Source of the DNA: a virus
Length of the DNA stretch: 64,000 nt
Reading direction: 5' to 3' (one strand)
IMG/VR virus record: IMGVR_UViG_3300010413_000021
Span: 6,649 to 70,648 of that record
Made by a program: the position numbers and the translations under genes. How positions within the stretch are numbered: position 1 is the first letter of the stretch; every line of letters begins with the position of its first letter. Shown piece by piece: positions 1 through 10,273 of the stretch. The notes below the pieces were generated by a model. That model saw nothing but the letters and a program-made list of their open reading frames with translations. It made no database searches and had not been told where the DNA came from.

Positions 1-512
1 GTCAGATTACCATTGATAATAAAGTCTCCGTTGTGGACAGTAACAGGGGTTTCAATCAATCTGTCATGCTCTGCCCTGATATACTCCCGCTCCCTGCACC
101 ACCGCTTCTCATTTTTGCAGTCGGTCTGTATTGTTTCGTTGTCCTGCATCCATATTCTGTGACCCTTGCCCGGCGTTGAATCGTTGTTATCATTCTGCCG
201 GGTGTATAGCATAGTGTCTCCCTCACCTAAATTGAGCGGGCGGTATCGCCGGTCATGTATGCAAAGGGCAATGCCGTGGCTTCTGTCCCCACCAAGGAAA
301 GCAACAGCAGCTTGTGATTCGGATTCAGGATAAGTTTCAAAGCCGTATTCCTGAAACCGCTCCACGTTATCTTCGCTCTCATCGTCAAGAATATCTATCT
401 GCAATTTCTGAGTCATTCCGCTATTGTAAACAGCTTTCAAGATTGCCCGGCCAAACAGCAGCATGATCCTGTCTTTCAACGGCTGAACAAATCTGTTTAG
501 TTGACTAATCAT
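1..512 (-). CDS. Baseplate spike/assembly protein V (Mu gp45-like), runs off the window start
   Basis: Not in the ORF track. Manual translation from ATG at 512 gives MISQLNRFVQPLKDRIMLLFGRAIL...NVERFQEYGFETYP...VAFLGGDRSHGIAL...DRRYRP, the Mu gp45 pattern. Follows the hub gene with an ATGA overlap. Confidence 0.85.
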   Translation of the reverse strand, partial: MISQLNRFVQPLKDRIMLLFGRAILKAVYNSGMTQKLQIDILDDESEDNVERFQEYGFETYPESESQAAVAFLGGDRSHGIALCIHDRRYRPLNLGEGDTMLYTRQNDNNDSTPGKGHRIWMQDNETIQTDCKNEKRWCREREYIRAEHDRLIETPVTVHNGDFIINGNL

Positions 513-1663
513 GAGTCAAATTCCGTTTTCACATTGCCCACCGGCATATCATCATCTAGCACCGCATACTTTGCCGGGTGACTAAGTGTTATCCGGGTAA
601 TAGTGCCGGTGTCATCCCCAACCTGAAACGATAAACCGCTGATCACAAACTCCTCATTGATGCCCAGAAACGAATCCTCAACTAATATCATGCTGTTCAA
701 CTGCCAGGGGGAGCCGTCTGTCTGCAACCAGCCCTGCACCGTATAAGTCAGTTCCCTTGACTTGCCCGCGCTGACTCTGGCCTCCCACTCTGCCCGCTCA
801 TTGCATATTTCCTCAGTGGCCTTGCCCTCAGTCAGTATCACGCGCGGGCGGTAGCGGGTGAAAATAGGATCATCAAAGTGACCCACAACCCGCGTTGTCT
901 TTTCCAGTTCATTGTCATCCTCTGCCGGGCGCTGACCCTTGACAATATATTTGCTGTATCGGTCACGGTTGCTCTGTTCAAGTTGCCCTGCTTTAATGTT
1001 CAACCCCAGTTTCAGGTTGTCATGGGAAAGAGTCGGGCCGATCTTGGTAATAGTTAGTTTGCCATCACCGTAACAGACGGGGAAAACTCCAACCTGCTTA
1101 CACAGGTTCTTTATTGGCTCATAAACATATTCGCCTTCCTTGACCTTGTATGTTCCCTGCACCGTCCTGTAAACCGGCTCATGTGCCGAACTGTCAATAT
1201 AGGCTGTAATCCCAAACGGGCGGCACAGATCCCCTATTATTGCAACCATCTTTTGATCTTTCCACTCATTTTTTCCACCATCCCGCAAGGTGTATGAGCA
1301 GTCAACTATATCAGCCACTTTGTCCCGGCCTGAAAGCCAGAGATTATGTGACTTGTCATCGTAGTGAATCGGAAAGTAATCAATATATCCCTGCATTATG
1401 GATTGCCCGTCAACGGTAATCACCGCCTCTGCCCCCATCATACCTTTGAAAGCAGTCGAATTAATAGACGCAAAATGAGTATCAAACTTTTCTGCTTTAC
1501 CGCCCGCATACTCAGTTGCAACCTCAAAATCGCTTTCTTTACCGTAAACATAAGCCGCCTCAAAGTTGAACGTGCCCGCTATCCGATCAAGAGACTGATC
1601 CACCCTGATGCTAGTCCACCCGCTGAACTGTTTTCTATTTGCTGTTAAAAGTATCTCACTCAT
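509..1663 (-). CDS. Baseplate hub protein (Mu gp44/P-like)
   Basis: 384 aa with FSGWTSIRVDQSLD, SGRDKVADIVDCS, RYSKYIVKGQ and YTVQGW motifs; Mu-type tail gene order. Confidence 0.85.
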   Translation of the reverse strand: MSEILLTANRKQFSGWTSIRVDQSLDRIAGTFNFEAAYVYGKESDFEVATEYAGGKAEKFDTHFASINSTAFKGMMGAEAVITVDGQSIMQGYIDYFPIHYDDKSHNLWLSGRDKVADIVDCSYTLRDGGKNEWKDQKMVAIIGDLCRPFGITAYIDSSAHEPVYRTVQGTYKVKEGEYVYEPIKNLCKQVGVFPVCYGDGKLTITKIGPTLSHDNLKLGLNIKAGQLEQSNRDRYSKYIVKGQRPAEDDNELEKTTRVVGHFDDPIFTRYRPRVILTEGKATEEICNERAEWEARVSAGKSRELTYTVQGWLQTDGSPWQLNSMILVEDSFLGINEEFVISGLSFQVGDDTGTITRITLSHPAKYAVLDDDMPVGNVKTEFDS

Positions 1664-1695
1664 GTCATCTCAAATAGGCTTGCTGCAAATTTTAA

Positions 1696-1941
1696 TTACC
1701 AGACTTTCCGGTCTATTGTTTTGCCTTGACTATTCATGTAGATCAACTCAAGAGGAAGATCAGTTCCTAGTTCATTGGTTCGTTCATCCTGCTCTCCTAC
1801 ATCAGTGACCAAAAGCAAACGATCTTTCATCAATTCGCCTGTCTCTGGATCAGGATGAGGATGTATAGATGCCCTTTTACAATCAAATATTGTTTCGTGC
1901 CATTCACCATTTGCGTCTTTTCGTCTAATCTTTACAAACAT
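1696..1941 (-). CDS. Hypothetical protein
   Basis: 81-aa ORF with purine-rich RBS-like upstream sequence, between tail genes. Confidence 0.6.
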   Translation of the reverse strand: MFVKIRRKDANGEWHETIFDCKRASIHPHPDPETGELMKDRLLLVTDVGEQDERTNELGTDLPLELIYMNSQGKTIDRKVW

Positions 1942-1978
1942 TTTCTGCCTTCCTTTCTGTCTAATTACAGCAAGCCTA

Positions 1979-3328
1979 TTAACTAATCAATATCTCAAGT
2001 TCAGCTCCCCCGGGTGGGAAACCGGGATGCTTCACCAGCGGGCGGTTGCGTTGCAATATGCTGTCTACCCGATTTACATCCTCATACCTGTCATAAGCAA
2101 TCACCATCAAAGGATGCGGCCCACCAGCAGGAACGGTATAAGTCGTCAGAACTGGTGATAAAGTAGCCCCCATTTTTCGCATCGCAACTGTCACAATGGG
2201 CCGCATTGCCTCCAACGCCAAGTAAAGTTTATCATCAAAGAACTCCGGCATATTTGCACTAAGTATGTAACCGGGATCATCGGGGTCACTGCCCGCAGCT
2301 TTCAGCAGTTGGTAATTGAGAGTGGTAGTAATCAACTTGCCTACTTCGATTGCCTGATCCGCACTGTCATACCCGCCTACCTTCACCGCCGCCTGTGATG
2401 CCTTTGCTATCGCTGCACCCCGCACATAGTCAATCATCACGTTTCTGTTTTTCTTCTGCACCGTCCGGCTGTAAGCAGTGGAGTCCGGTATCTCCGGCAG
2501 ACCGCCTACATAGGATGGGGTATCCGTATAACTCCAGCTCGGAGTCGGGGCACCAAACTGCACCATGCCCAACGCCGATTCAACGATTGACTTTGCAGAA
2601 CCGGGGGAACCGTCCGCGCCGTCTATCACCTTATCCCAGGCATCGAAAGCAGTTTTGAAAATAGTTGTGGCTCCACCCGCTGTGTAAATCCCCTCTGCCA
2701 TGTCTGCCACTGCCCCGTCTATTATTTCAAATGCCTCTGTCATAAAATGTGACGCAGTGCCGTTTATTCCACCGATTAATGACTTCATCATCATGAAAGA
2801 TTGATAAGCATCAAAGAAAGCCGAGTCCATTATGAAGTTAATGCCATAGTTAAAATAAGTGCTATACATATCGGCCAGCCAGTCAAAGATATTGTCTGCT
2901 GCATCATCTACTGCTGATTCCCAGTCCTCTGTTGACTCAGGCTGCTCACCCGCTTCAACAAAAGTCATGGTGAACCGGCAGATACCACCCTCACGGTCAA
3001 AGGATTCGGATACCCGCACCTTGCCGCTGACATTAGCAGTAATCTCACCCAGGGACGGATGTATTAACGTGCCCCCGCCCGGTTGCTGCAATGCTGCAAT
3101 CAGGGCTTGTTTCTCCGGCAGGTAATTGTGAGAGTTTGCAACTGTCTGTATAACGTGCCCCGCTATGGTGTGAATGTTGGAGTCCAGCCCCAAATCCTCA
3201 ACGTAAGCGGTATCTTTGAACGGATACTGATGGACTATATTACGCCGCCCTATTTCCGTAGTGGTGCCCAGCACCTTGAACGGCACCCCTCTGAAACTTG
3301 CTGGTCTTAGTAAGTCTCTCCAGCTCAT
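1979..3328 (-). CDS. Tail/DNA circularization protein (Mu gp43/N-like)
   Basis: N-terminus MSWRDLLRPASFRGVPF...HQYPFKDTAYVEDLG, GTLIHPSLG; C-terminal HPGF motif. Confidence 0.9.
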   Translation of the reverse strand: MSWRDLLRPASFRGVPFKVLGTTTEIGRRNIVHQYPFKDTAYVEDLGLDSNIHTIAGHVIQTVANSHNYLPEKQALIAALQQPGGGTLIHPSLGEITANVSGKVRVSESFDREGGICRFTMTFVEAGEQPESTEDWESAVDDAADNIFDWLADMYSTYFNYGINFIMDSAFFDAYQSFMMMKSLIGGINGTASHFMTEAFEIIDGAVADMAEGIYTAGGATTIFKTAFDAWDKVIDGADGSPGSAKSIVESALGMVQFGAPTPSWSYTDTPSYVGGLPEIPDSTAYSRTVQKKNRNVMIDYVRGAAIAKASQAAVKVGGYDSADQAIEVGKLITTTLNYQLLKAAGSDPDDPGYILSANMPEFFDDKLYLALEAMRPIVTVAMRKMGATLSPVLTTYTVPAGGPHPLMVIAYDRYEDVNRVDSILQRNRPLVKHPGFPPGGAELEILIS

Positions 3329-5292
3329 TGTGCTACCACCGGCCCTGTATGCATCTGGTCAATAAGTAAATTTATATTGCCTGTCAATGTTGGCACCCTT
3401 GCTTTCAAATCATCGGCCAACTCAATTATGATCCGCGCTTCCCGTTCCTGATTAAATATTGCCTGAGCCTTTGCCCGTTCCACTGTCGGCGGGCCGGTTT
3501 CCGCTCCGGCCAAGTCCCGCAACTCCAGCAATCGTTTTCCATAATCAGGCTGGGCTTTTATTGTATGAACTAACTCCGAAATAGATGCCGTCAACTCTGT
3601 AAAATCCTCACTTATCATGTTCTTTTGAGCATCTGAAAACTTATCTGCTGTTTCATTCAGAACATCTTGCAACCCTTCAACCTGAAATTCCAAATCCGTT
3701 TTTGCTTCGGGATGCAATCCAATTTTACGCTTAAGGTTAACTATTGATGTCAGCGTTTTTCCTGCCATAATCAAAGGAATAAGAATTAAACCCCTGATAG
3801 ATTCTCCTATCTCAACAATTAAAGGATCCCATTTTTTCCATACCAAAACTGCCGCTGCTATTGCTGCTAAAAATATCACAGCCTCAGCCGATATGAGAGA
3901 CATGGCAATCAAAACTTGACTAAGAGCCAATAAAGCAGGAGGGCCAATAATACCGGCAAGGCCGATCATCAGGGCAGACTTTTTCACGTTTGCCGGAGCC
4001 TGTTCCAATGTTTGAAACAAACGATCCAAGTATCCCAACACCTTCTCCATCTGCGGAGAAAATGAATCACCTATCCGCTGACTAAATACCTGTATGCGTG
4101 TTTTCAATACATCCCACATGAAACCGGCTTTATTTATTCCTTCTGTCTGTTCCTTGAAAGCCTCAACCATCGAGCCATTTACTTTCAGCATTGCCTCTGA
4201 CTTCTTTGCCCACGTATCAGCCTGTGCCCCAGTTAAAGCAAGAGCAGCAATAACGCCTTCCTTCCGGCCAAGGTAAGTCATCGCCAGTTCTTCATTGCCT
4301 TTTGTCAATTCCATAACAGCACGAAGCACAGCAGAAAGACCACGCGCCTCGATTAACTTTCTTGCGTTGGCATGAGCTATGCCCCATTTTTTTCCAAGAG
4401 AGTCAAACACAGCAGAAAGCTCATCACCGGGAGTCATCAAACCAGTCAAAGCAGAAGATAATTGAGTGCTGACTTCAGAAGCATTGCCGGTAACACCCGT
4501 CAACGTTGCAAAAACAGAAAACAACTCCTCTTGAGATACACCAAGCTGACGCCCAATAGAAACCACCCGGCCCATGCTTGCCGCTAACTCAGGAAAAGTT
4601 GTCTGCCCTAACTTCACAGTCATGAAAGCAAGATCAGAAACTTTCATCATTGCTTCTGCTGATGTATCACCATAGCCTTTCGTAACAGCAGAAATCAAAT
4701 TCAAAGCCTCTTCAGTAGAGGCAACCCCGGCAGTAGCGGCCATTGCCGTGATTTTCAACCGTTCCATCGTTTCGCTGGAATCACCAAAAGCTGAAATGAC
4801 CTGATACAAACCACCGGCAATGTCTCCAGTGCTTTTGCCCATTGCAAGAGCAACATCCTGAGTGCCTTTTTTCAAATCTTTCAAACGGTCAACATTGCCG
4901 GGGATCAGGGTGGCAACGTTAGCCATTGCCTTGTTGAAGTCCATTGACATCTTAAAAGCAGCCACACCTGCCCCAAACAATGGCAGAGTAATTCGCTTGA
5001 AAGCCTTTCGGCCTATCCGCTCCATTCCAACGCCAAACTCTTTGACCTTAGCACGAGCATTATCTAGCCGTTTCTTAATCTCCCTGCCCATTACTGCAAA
5101 GGCCATAGACATTCTTCTCGTTTGGCGTTTTATGTTCTCCCATGATGGATTGTTGGAAAGGGATTTTAAAGCCCGGTCAACAGAAATGATTGGCTTTTCA
5201 AATCCCTTGAATGATCCGGCAATTTTACGCAATGGCCCAGTAGCCTTATCAACCGCTCTGAAAACCATGCTTAGATTGTAGGTCTGAGCCAT
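3325..5292 (-). CDS. Tail tape measure protein
   Basis: 655 aa, Ala-rich and helical, with TP901-type core (FNKAMANV, GLYQVISA, TVKLGQTTFPELAASMG); located after the tail chaperone. Confidence 0.9.
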   Translation of the reverse strand: MAQTYNLSMVFRAVDKATGPLRKIAGSFKGFEKPIISVDRALKSLSNNPSWENIKRQTRRMSMAFAVMGREIKKRLDNARAKVKEFGVGMERIGRKAFKRITLPLFGAGVAAFKMSMDFNKAMANVATLIPGNVDRLKDLKKGTQDVALAMGKSTGDIAGGLYQVISAFGDSSETMERLKITAMAATAGVASTEEALNLISAVTKGYGDTSAEAMMKVSDLAFMTVKLGQTTFPELAASMGRVVSIGRQLGVSQEELFSVFATLTGVTGNASEVSTQLSSALTGLMTPGDELSAVFDSLGKKWGIAHANARKLIEARGLSAVLRAVMELTKGNEELAMTYLGRKEGVIAALALTGAQADTWAKKSEAMLKVNGSMVEAFKEQTEGINKAGFMWDVLKTRIQVFSQRIGDSFSPQMEKVLGYLDRLFQTLEQAPANVKKSALMIGLAGIIGPPALLALSQVLIAMSLISAEAVIFLAAIAAAVLVWKKWDPLIVEIGESIRGLILIPLIMAGKTLTSIVNLKRKIGLHPEAKTDLEFQVEGLQDVLNETADKFSDAQKNMISEDFTELTASISELVHTIKAQPDYGKRLLELRDLAGAETGPPTVERAKAQAIFNQEREARIIIELADDLKARVPTLTGNINLLIDQMHTGPVVAQ

Positions 5293-5450
5293 TTCATTAC
5301 CTTGTCAATGTCAGTCATCCAAAACAGAAGTTCATCCACTTCCATTTCCCAAACATCTCTCGGCGAAAAGCCGTAAACAGCGGCAACCGTTTTTATGGTG
5401 CGGTTCCATTCACTGCTGCCAGCGGGCTTTCCACCTTCGGGCCGAAAAAA
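5271..5450 (-). CDS. -1 frameshift extension of the tail chaperone (gpE+E'-like)
   Basis: Slippery T TTT TTC at 5450-5444 (minus strand). The -1 frame reads ...EWNRTIKTVAAVYGFSPRDVWEMEVDELLFWMTDIDKVMKWLRPTI*, a P2 E'-like pattern. Confidence 0.75.
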   Translation of the reverse strand, partial: FFRPEGGKPAGSSEWNRTIKTVAAVYGFSPRDVWEMEVDELLFWMTDIDKVMKWLRPTI

Positions 5451-5737
5451 CTGTTCAACGCCTCAGCAATCCTCGGCAGATCATCCGTTGCATCAATCTC
5501 GTCAACAGTCTCCTCAGGCAAGCCGGTCAACGCCCCGATAAACAGGATCATGTCTTTTGGTGAAACATTCTTGCCATCCGATTCAAACAGCGAATCAGGC
5601 ATTGACTTCAAATGCTTCACCTGTAAACGGGGCGGGAAACGGAGTTCATTTGTCATTACCGTTCCCCCGCCCTCTCTCTTTACCGGGATAGGATGTTCCA
5701 GCTTTACAGTGTGTCCTTCGTTTTCAATGGTAGCCAT
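5393..5737 (-). CDS. Tail assembly chaperone (P2 gpE / Mu gp41-like)
   Basis: 114 aa between tube and tape measure; VKLEHPI and LTGLPEETVDEID motifs. Confidence 0.8.
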   Translation of the reverse strand: MATIENEGHTVKLEHPIPVKREGGGTVMTNELRFPPRLQVKHLKSMPDSLFESDGKNVSPKDMILFIGALTGLPEETVDEIDATDDLPRIAEALNSFFGPKVESPLAAVNGTAP

Positions 5738-5750
5738 ACTTTACTCCTTG

Positions 5751-6140
5751 TTATATTTCAGTTGTCTCCACCCACTTTTCAGCTTTAAACCTAAGTGGTG
5801 CTTCTCCCTCTCCGGCTGTCACACTAGTATTTCCAGTAGACCAAGCCTCTGGCATAATGTAAGCTTTGCCTCCTCCTCTTGCTCTAAAAATCACAGTAGC
5901 CTCTCCTTTCGCACTCAGCAAAGGAGAAAGCATAATGTCAGACCTGTCAGTAACAGTTACTTCACACTCTGCCATCAATACTTCTTCAGTCATACCATGA
6001 AAACCACTGTCCCCCATAACTTCGGTCCGCTCTACAGGAGGACCATCTGCCGGACCTATGTTATGTGCAATCGCCCCTGCTTTGTTTAACAGCATAACAC
6101 CATTAAACAGAACATCTGCTCTCCCAGTAATACTTGCCAT
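5751..6140 (-). CDS. Tail tube protein (Mu-like)
   Basis: 129 aa directly after the sheath; ERTEVMG..GFHG and GEAPLRF motifs. Confidence 0.8.
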   Translation of the reverse strand: MASITGRADVLFNGVMLLNKAGAIAHNIGPADGPPVERTEVMGDSGFHGMTEEVLMAECEVTVTDRSDIMLSPLLSAKGEATVIFRARGGGKAYIMPEAWSTGNTSVTAGEGEAPLRFKAEKWVETTEI

Positions 6141-6157
6141 CCTATTTCACCTCCCGC

Positions 6158-7720
6158 CTACAGAATAAACTGATGTTTCTCAGCCAGAATCCTGAACTGG
6201 TTAATCAGATCGAACGGCAGCAAAGCATTAACACGGTTCACGTCCGTTGCATCCCGCTCCACCTGAATGTTATCAATGAAGTCATCAAGGTTTTCAATCC
6301 AACCCTTGTCCCGTAACTCAGTAAACAGGGCAATATATTCCTCCTTGATGTCCTTCGGCCTTACCACATAACCGCCCGCCCACACCGGCTGGTCATCGTC
6401 GGCCAGCTTGAAACGCGGGTTCATGTAGCGGTTGCTCATGCGTGTTTTCGTCTGGTAACGAATCTCCCCGATAGTGGCAAGGGTCTGGATGTCAAGGTAG
6501 CTCCAGTCCGGCAACCCGAGCGCATTGGCTTGATAGGTTGTGATACTGCGTTCAATCTGCACATAACCGCCGCTGTTCACCGTCCAGGTTGCAATACCAT
6601 CATAAAGCAGGGTATCCCGCTCCGCTCTGGTGAACTCATTGACTTTCGGGGGAGGCAAAATGCCGTCCAGTTTGATTGTATGCAAAGGCCTTGCCGGATC
6701 AATATTCAGATAGTAAGCTGCCTTTGCTCCCCACGCTGCTGCCCACTCTGCCGGACTTGTTGGAGAATCATACACCCCAATAATTGTATTGTGTGGGCTG
6801 TTCCTGCTGTTTCCCTTTGTGGTGCAGTCAGCCTGTGTTGCTCCATAAGCAGTAAAACCATGCCCCTGCTTATCATTTAACGGTTCAAACCTGTCCTCTA
6901 GCTCATCCTCAATTTCAGTCAGGTTTGCCGCCTCTACATAAGGCTGAATGACATAATGGAATTGCTCATTTTCAATTAGTGTCCAGCAATTTCCAAGATC
7001 AGGGTCACTTCCTCCAACAGCAACACTTCCCATTGATTTGATTGATGGTGTTGCGATAGAACCGGAACCAAACCCAGTAGGATAAGACTGGCCGGTGTAA
7101 TAATTCTCTCTAATATTGAGATAATTTCCGGGCGTCCCACCAGTTACAGCACTAATATAAAGATTTGAAACACTAGCATCTCCAAAGGCAGTTGATCCCA
7201 TGCTATTACTTGCCGTTACACCAAGCAAGGCAGAATATTGTGAGCCATTAATCTTAGTCAAAGTTGCAGAGGCAATATCAGTAGCACTCCAACCTGAAGT
7301 AACAGTAACTTCTAGTTCTACACCATTAATCATAAGGAAATAATTTCCGTTGGTGGTGGACAACTCAGACAAAGCCCCGGTTACTGCCGAAAAGTAAATT
7401 GCTCCAATAGCACCAGCAGTGCTGACAACATCACTAGTCCGCAAAGCATAAAGTTCTGTATTCGGATTATTCTCCTTGAACTTATTAACCATACGTGCGA
7501 GGTCACTGCCCGCTCCATAATAACCGTCAGCAAGGTTGTCTCTTGTGATAGCAGTCAATGTCAATTCACTAACTGTTCCTACCCCTTCCAAACCAGTGCC
7601 TATAATCAACGCCTTGTGCGGGTTCTGCGCAAGCCCGGTCAGCGCTCGGCTGTTGTCAATCTCGCCATAAACGCCGTAAGTCCTAACCGTAGCCGGTATA
7701 TTGTTAAAAGTGATTGTCAT
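6158..7720 (-). CDS. Contractile tail sheath protein (Mu gpL-like)
   Basis: MTITFNNIP..RTYGVYGEIDNS, DPARPLHT, LLYDGIAT, IERSITTYQ and DLINQFRI motifs. Confidence 0.92.
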   Translation of the reverse strand: MTITFNNIPATVRTYGVYGEIDNSRALTGLAQNPHKALIIGTGLEGVGTVSELTLTAITRDNLADGYYGAGSDLARMVNKFKENNPNTELYALRTSDVVSTAGAIGAIYFSAVTGALSELSTTNGNYFLMINGVELEVTVTSGWSATDIASATLTKINGSQYSALLGVTASNSMGSTAFGDASVSNLYISAVTGGTPGNYLNIRENYYTGQSYPTGFGSGSIATPSIKSMGSVAVGGSDPDLGNCWTLIENEQFHYVIQPYVEAANLTEIEDELEDRFEPLNDKQGHGFTAYGATQADCTTKGNSRNSPHNTIIGVYDSPTSPAEWAAAWGAKAAYYLNIDPARPLHTIKLDGILPPPKVNEFTRAERDTLLYDGIATWTVNSGGYVQIERSITTYQANALGLPDWSYLDIQTLATIGEIRYQTKTRMSNRYMNPRFKLADDDQPVWAGGYVVRPKDIKEEYIALFTELRDKGWIENLDDFIDNIQVERDATDVNRVNALLPFDLINQFRILAEKHQFIL

Positions 7721-7977
7721 TAGTCGTCCCTCCCTTTCCCTCTACCTCTGCGTGTCTCTGCTTCCTCGGTAGGTTGAACGATTTTTTCCACTGCGGGCGG
7801 TTTGCCGATAACACAACTGCCATCCTTCACCCGCCTGCGCCAGTAACGGCCAATCGGGCCAACCCAATCAACCCAAGCTCCGGCTTCCGGCAATCTGATC
7901 TCCTGCTTGTTAGGCAAAATCAAATGCACCAGCAGACCCGGTTTCGGTATCAAGTATTTTGTATGTTCCTTTGCCAT
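7720..7977 (-). CDS. Small pre-sheath protein (DUF2635/Mu gp38-like)
   Basis: LIPKPGLLV...LPEAGAWV...YWRRRVKDG, immediately upstream of the sheath gene. Confidence 0.75.
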   Translation of the reverse strand: MAKEHTKYLIPKPGLLVHLILPNKQEIRLPEAGAWVDWVGPIGRYWRRRVKDGSCVIGKPPAVEKIVQPTEEAETRRGRGKGRDD

Positions 7978-7980
7978 CCC

Positions 7981-9264
7981 TCACTCCTCTGGTATTAAAC
8001 TGATTACTCCACCGCCAATGTTTTCATCAATCGGATTATCCACCGTCCCGGTGCTGTCCTCTGGAATCAAACTGATTATCCCTTGTCCTATCTCCTCATC
8101 CGCTGGCTTATCCACATCGCTTCCCGCAACGGGCATCGGATATATTGAAATGTCAGCCACATTATGAAAATCAAAACCAGCATTTATGTCATACCAATTA
8201 CCGTCCTCAATTCCGTCTTGCTGACTGGATATTTTCAGCCCCAATGAAGTTACTCTCTTTACTGAAATGCTATCCACAAAATGTTGACTATTAACAACAC
8301 TTTCAAGATAGTATCTGACTATATAATTAAATAATGGCAGATTAGCATCGTAATACTTGGTTGCCTTTGTTCTGTTGGCATAAACGGGTGTTCTCTGGTA
8401 AGTCATATCCTGACTATTCAATGCCACACTGCTTACTTCCTGTCCAGCAAGATAAAATTTAGCAGAACCTAAAAGTGAAATGGGCAAACTGCGCTTATAC
8501 CAAGCCTCACCATAATATCTAGCTCCATCAATCAGACTGGAATTAAGTTGCCGCAGCCCAAAACTAGTGCCATCATTTACAGTAGCATCTAACCGCAAAG
8601 CTGAACTGCCACTATAAACAAAAGGAGTAGTAACACGAGTAAAATCACGCTGTCCCGCCGCCTTGTTTATTTCTTGCCAATAAAGCAAGTCATCGGGTAA
8701 AACCCAACTCTCCAAGTCTCCGTCAGTTGTTTCCTCTGATCCCAAACCACCGCCAGTATTAGGATCAAAAGCAGTTAGCGGGCAACGCAGAAACGCCCGT
8801 GCCTTCCTGCCGTTGTCATCCGTCCACTCAACAGCATAATGTGACCGATTACATTCCCCCTGATAATCAGCAAGGAAAACATCACTGAGCAGCCACACCC
8901 AACCATTCCCGGCCTGACCTGAAAAATCAGCATAGTAATCTTCATTCGACGGGCTGCTTACAGTCCATACCGGTGCAGGCAAATTCTGCCAGTTAAATGT
9001 CCCATACTGCACTTCTGTTTGAACTTCTGTTATCAAACTAATATTGCCTTGTGCTATCACAGTATTGAAAGTAACAGGCGCAGTTGTGCTGGTTGGAATC
9101 AGGCTAATAACCCCGCCGCCCAACTCCTCGTCAACCGGATTATCAACAGCTTCCGTTTCAGTTGATATCAGGCTGATGGACTGCTCTGCAAGCTGCTCAT
9201 CAGTCGGATCATCAACCGCTGTTGCTTCCTCATCCGGTATTAAACTGATTACCTGTCCGCTCAT
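7981..9264 (-). CDS. Putative virion protein with acidic ISLIP repeats at both termini and a central beta-rich domain
   Basis: 427-aa ORF coupled to its neighbours; the repeats are visible in the translation. Confidence 0.6.
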   Translation of the reverse strand: MSGQVISLIPDEEATAVDDPTDEQLAEQSISLISTETEAVDNPVDEELGGGVISLIPTSTTAPVTFNTVIAQGNISLITEVQTEVQYGTFNWQNLPAPVWTVSSPSNEDYYADFSGQAGNGWVWLLSDVFLADYQGECNRSHYAVEWTDDNGRKARAFLRCPLTAFDPNTGGGLGSEETTDGDLESWVLPDDLLYWQEINKAAGQRDFTRVTTPFVYSGSSALRLDATVNDGTSFGLRQLNSSLIDGARYYGEAWYKRSLPISLLGSAKFYLAGQEVSSVALNSQDMTYQRTPVYANRTKATKYYDANLPLFNYIVRYYLESVVNSQHFVDSISVKRVTSLGLKISSQQDGIEDGNWYDINAGFDFHNVADISIYPMPVAGSDVDKPADEEIGQGIISLIPEDSTGTVDNPIDENIGGGVISLIPEE

Positions 9265-9773
9265 GTCACATAAGTTTCATAAATAGTGTTGAAGTTATCC
9301 ACTACATCCTTGTCAACGCCATGGAACTCGGTCAACCGGCTTGCTACCTCAAACATCACTAACCATTTCAACCAAGCCCTGTCCATGTCAAACAACCGCT
9401 CTCCGGCATAGTAAACAATGGACTCTGCTGCCGGGTCTGTCTGGTCTGACCTTGGTATTTCCAGACCTAACACAGCCTTGAATATTTCTGCCCGCGCTTC
9501 GTGAACCGTGTCGTATACTTTCAATCCCAGCTTGTCTGATTGTGCTGTGTCATTCCGCAGAACCATCAGCACCCCAAACCGTTCAATGACTTCCTGGTTA
9601 ATCGTCGGGTCATACTGATTTGCCCGAGCAGTAGCAGCAAGAGGCACAACGAAAGCGGTTTCTTTATTAATACCCACTTCGTCGGTTGCCATCAAGTCAG
9701 CGGCACCTGCAACGTCATTGCCGAAACGAGTATCACACGCTCTGATCTGCAAAGCTATTGGACCCAGTTTCAT
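9261..9773 (-). CDS. Tail terminator-like protein (Mu gp37-like)
   Basis: VAGAAD, AFVVPL, QEVIERFGV and RAEIFKAVLG motifs; position in the neck module. Confidence 0.65.
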   Translation of the reverse strand: MKLGPIALQIRACDTRFGNDVAGAADLMATDEVGINKETAFVVPLAATARANQYDPTINQEVIERFGVLMVLRNDTAQSDKLGLKVYDTVHEARAEIFKAVLGLEIPRSDQTDPAAESIVYYAGERLFDMDRAWLKWLVMFEVASRLTEFHGVDKDVVDNFNTIYETYVT

Positions 9774-10273
9774 CTCAGCCCCTTCAACGGTTCGGTTATA
9801 AGTTCAATTCCAACCTGTCTCAACTTGTCAACCATCTTCGGCACATGCTCATCTACTGCCGGTTTCAGGAACGGCCTATCTAATACATTCTCATCCTCAA
9901 GCAAGTCTGCATAATTCTTTGCCCCGGCAGTAACGCCTACCTCTAAAACCATGTCTCCACCGGACTGACTAATATCATAAGCAATGCGGCTGACAAGTTC
10001 TCCAGTATCTATTGCGGGTGGGCTTCCCTTCTGTGATGGATGATGCCGCTTGCCCCCGCGTGGGTAGCTGTGACTTGCTCGTGTTGTATTCCGCATTGAC
10101 ATTATCATGTCGTTTCGCATGTCATTTGCAGTATCAAGGAAAATCTCACCAACCTCATCATCAAATTTCATAGCAGCCTTGACCAGTTTTTGCCCAACAC
10201 GGTTAAGTTCACCACGGACAGACTTACCACCCGCCGTCTTAACCGTTACGTTCAATCCGGTAAAGCCCGCCAC
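9770..10273 (-). CDS. Neck/tail completion protein (HK97 gp10-like)
   Basis: SPPAIDTGELVSRI, YADLLE and RPFLKPA motifs. Confidence 0.8.
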   Translation of the reverse strand: MAGFTGLNVTVKTAGGKSVRGELNRVGQKLVKAAMKFDDEVGEIFLDTANDMRNDMIMSMRNTTRASHSYPRGGKRHHPSQKGSPPAIDTGELVSRIAYDISQSGGDMVLEVGVTAGAKNYADLLEDENVLDRPFLKPAVDEHVPKMVDKLRQVGIELITEPLKGLR

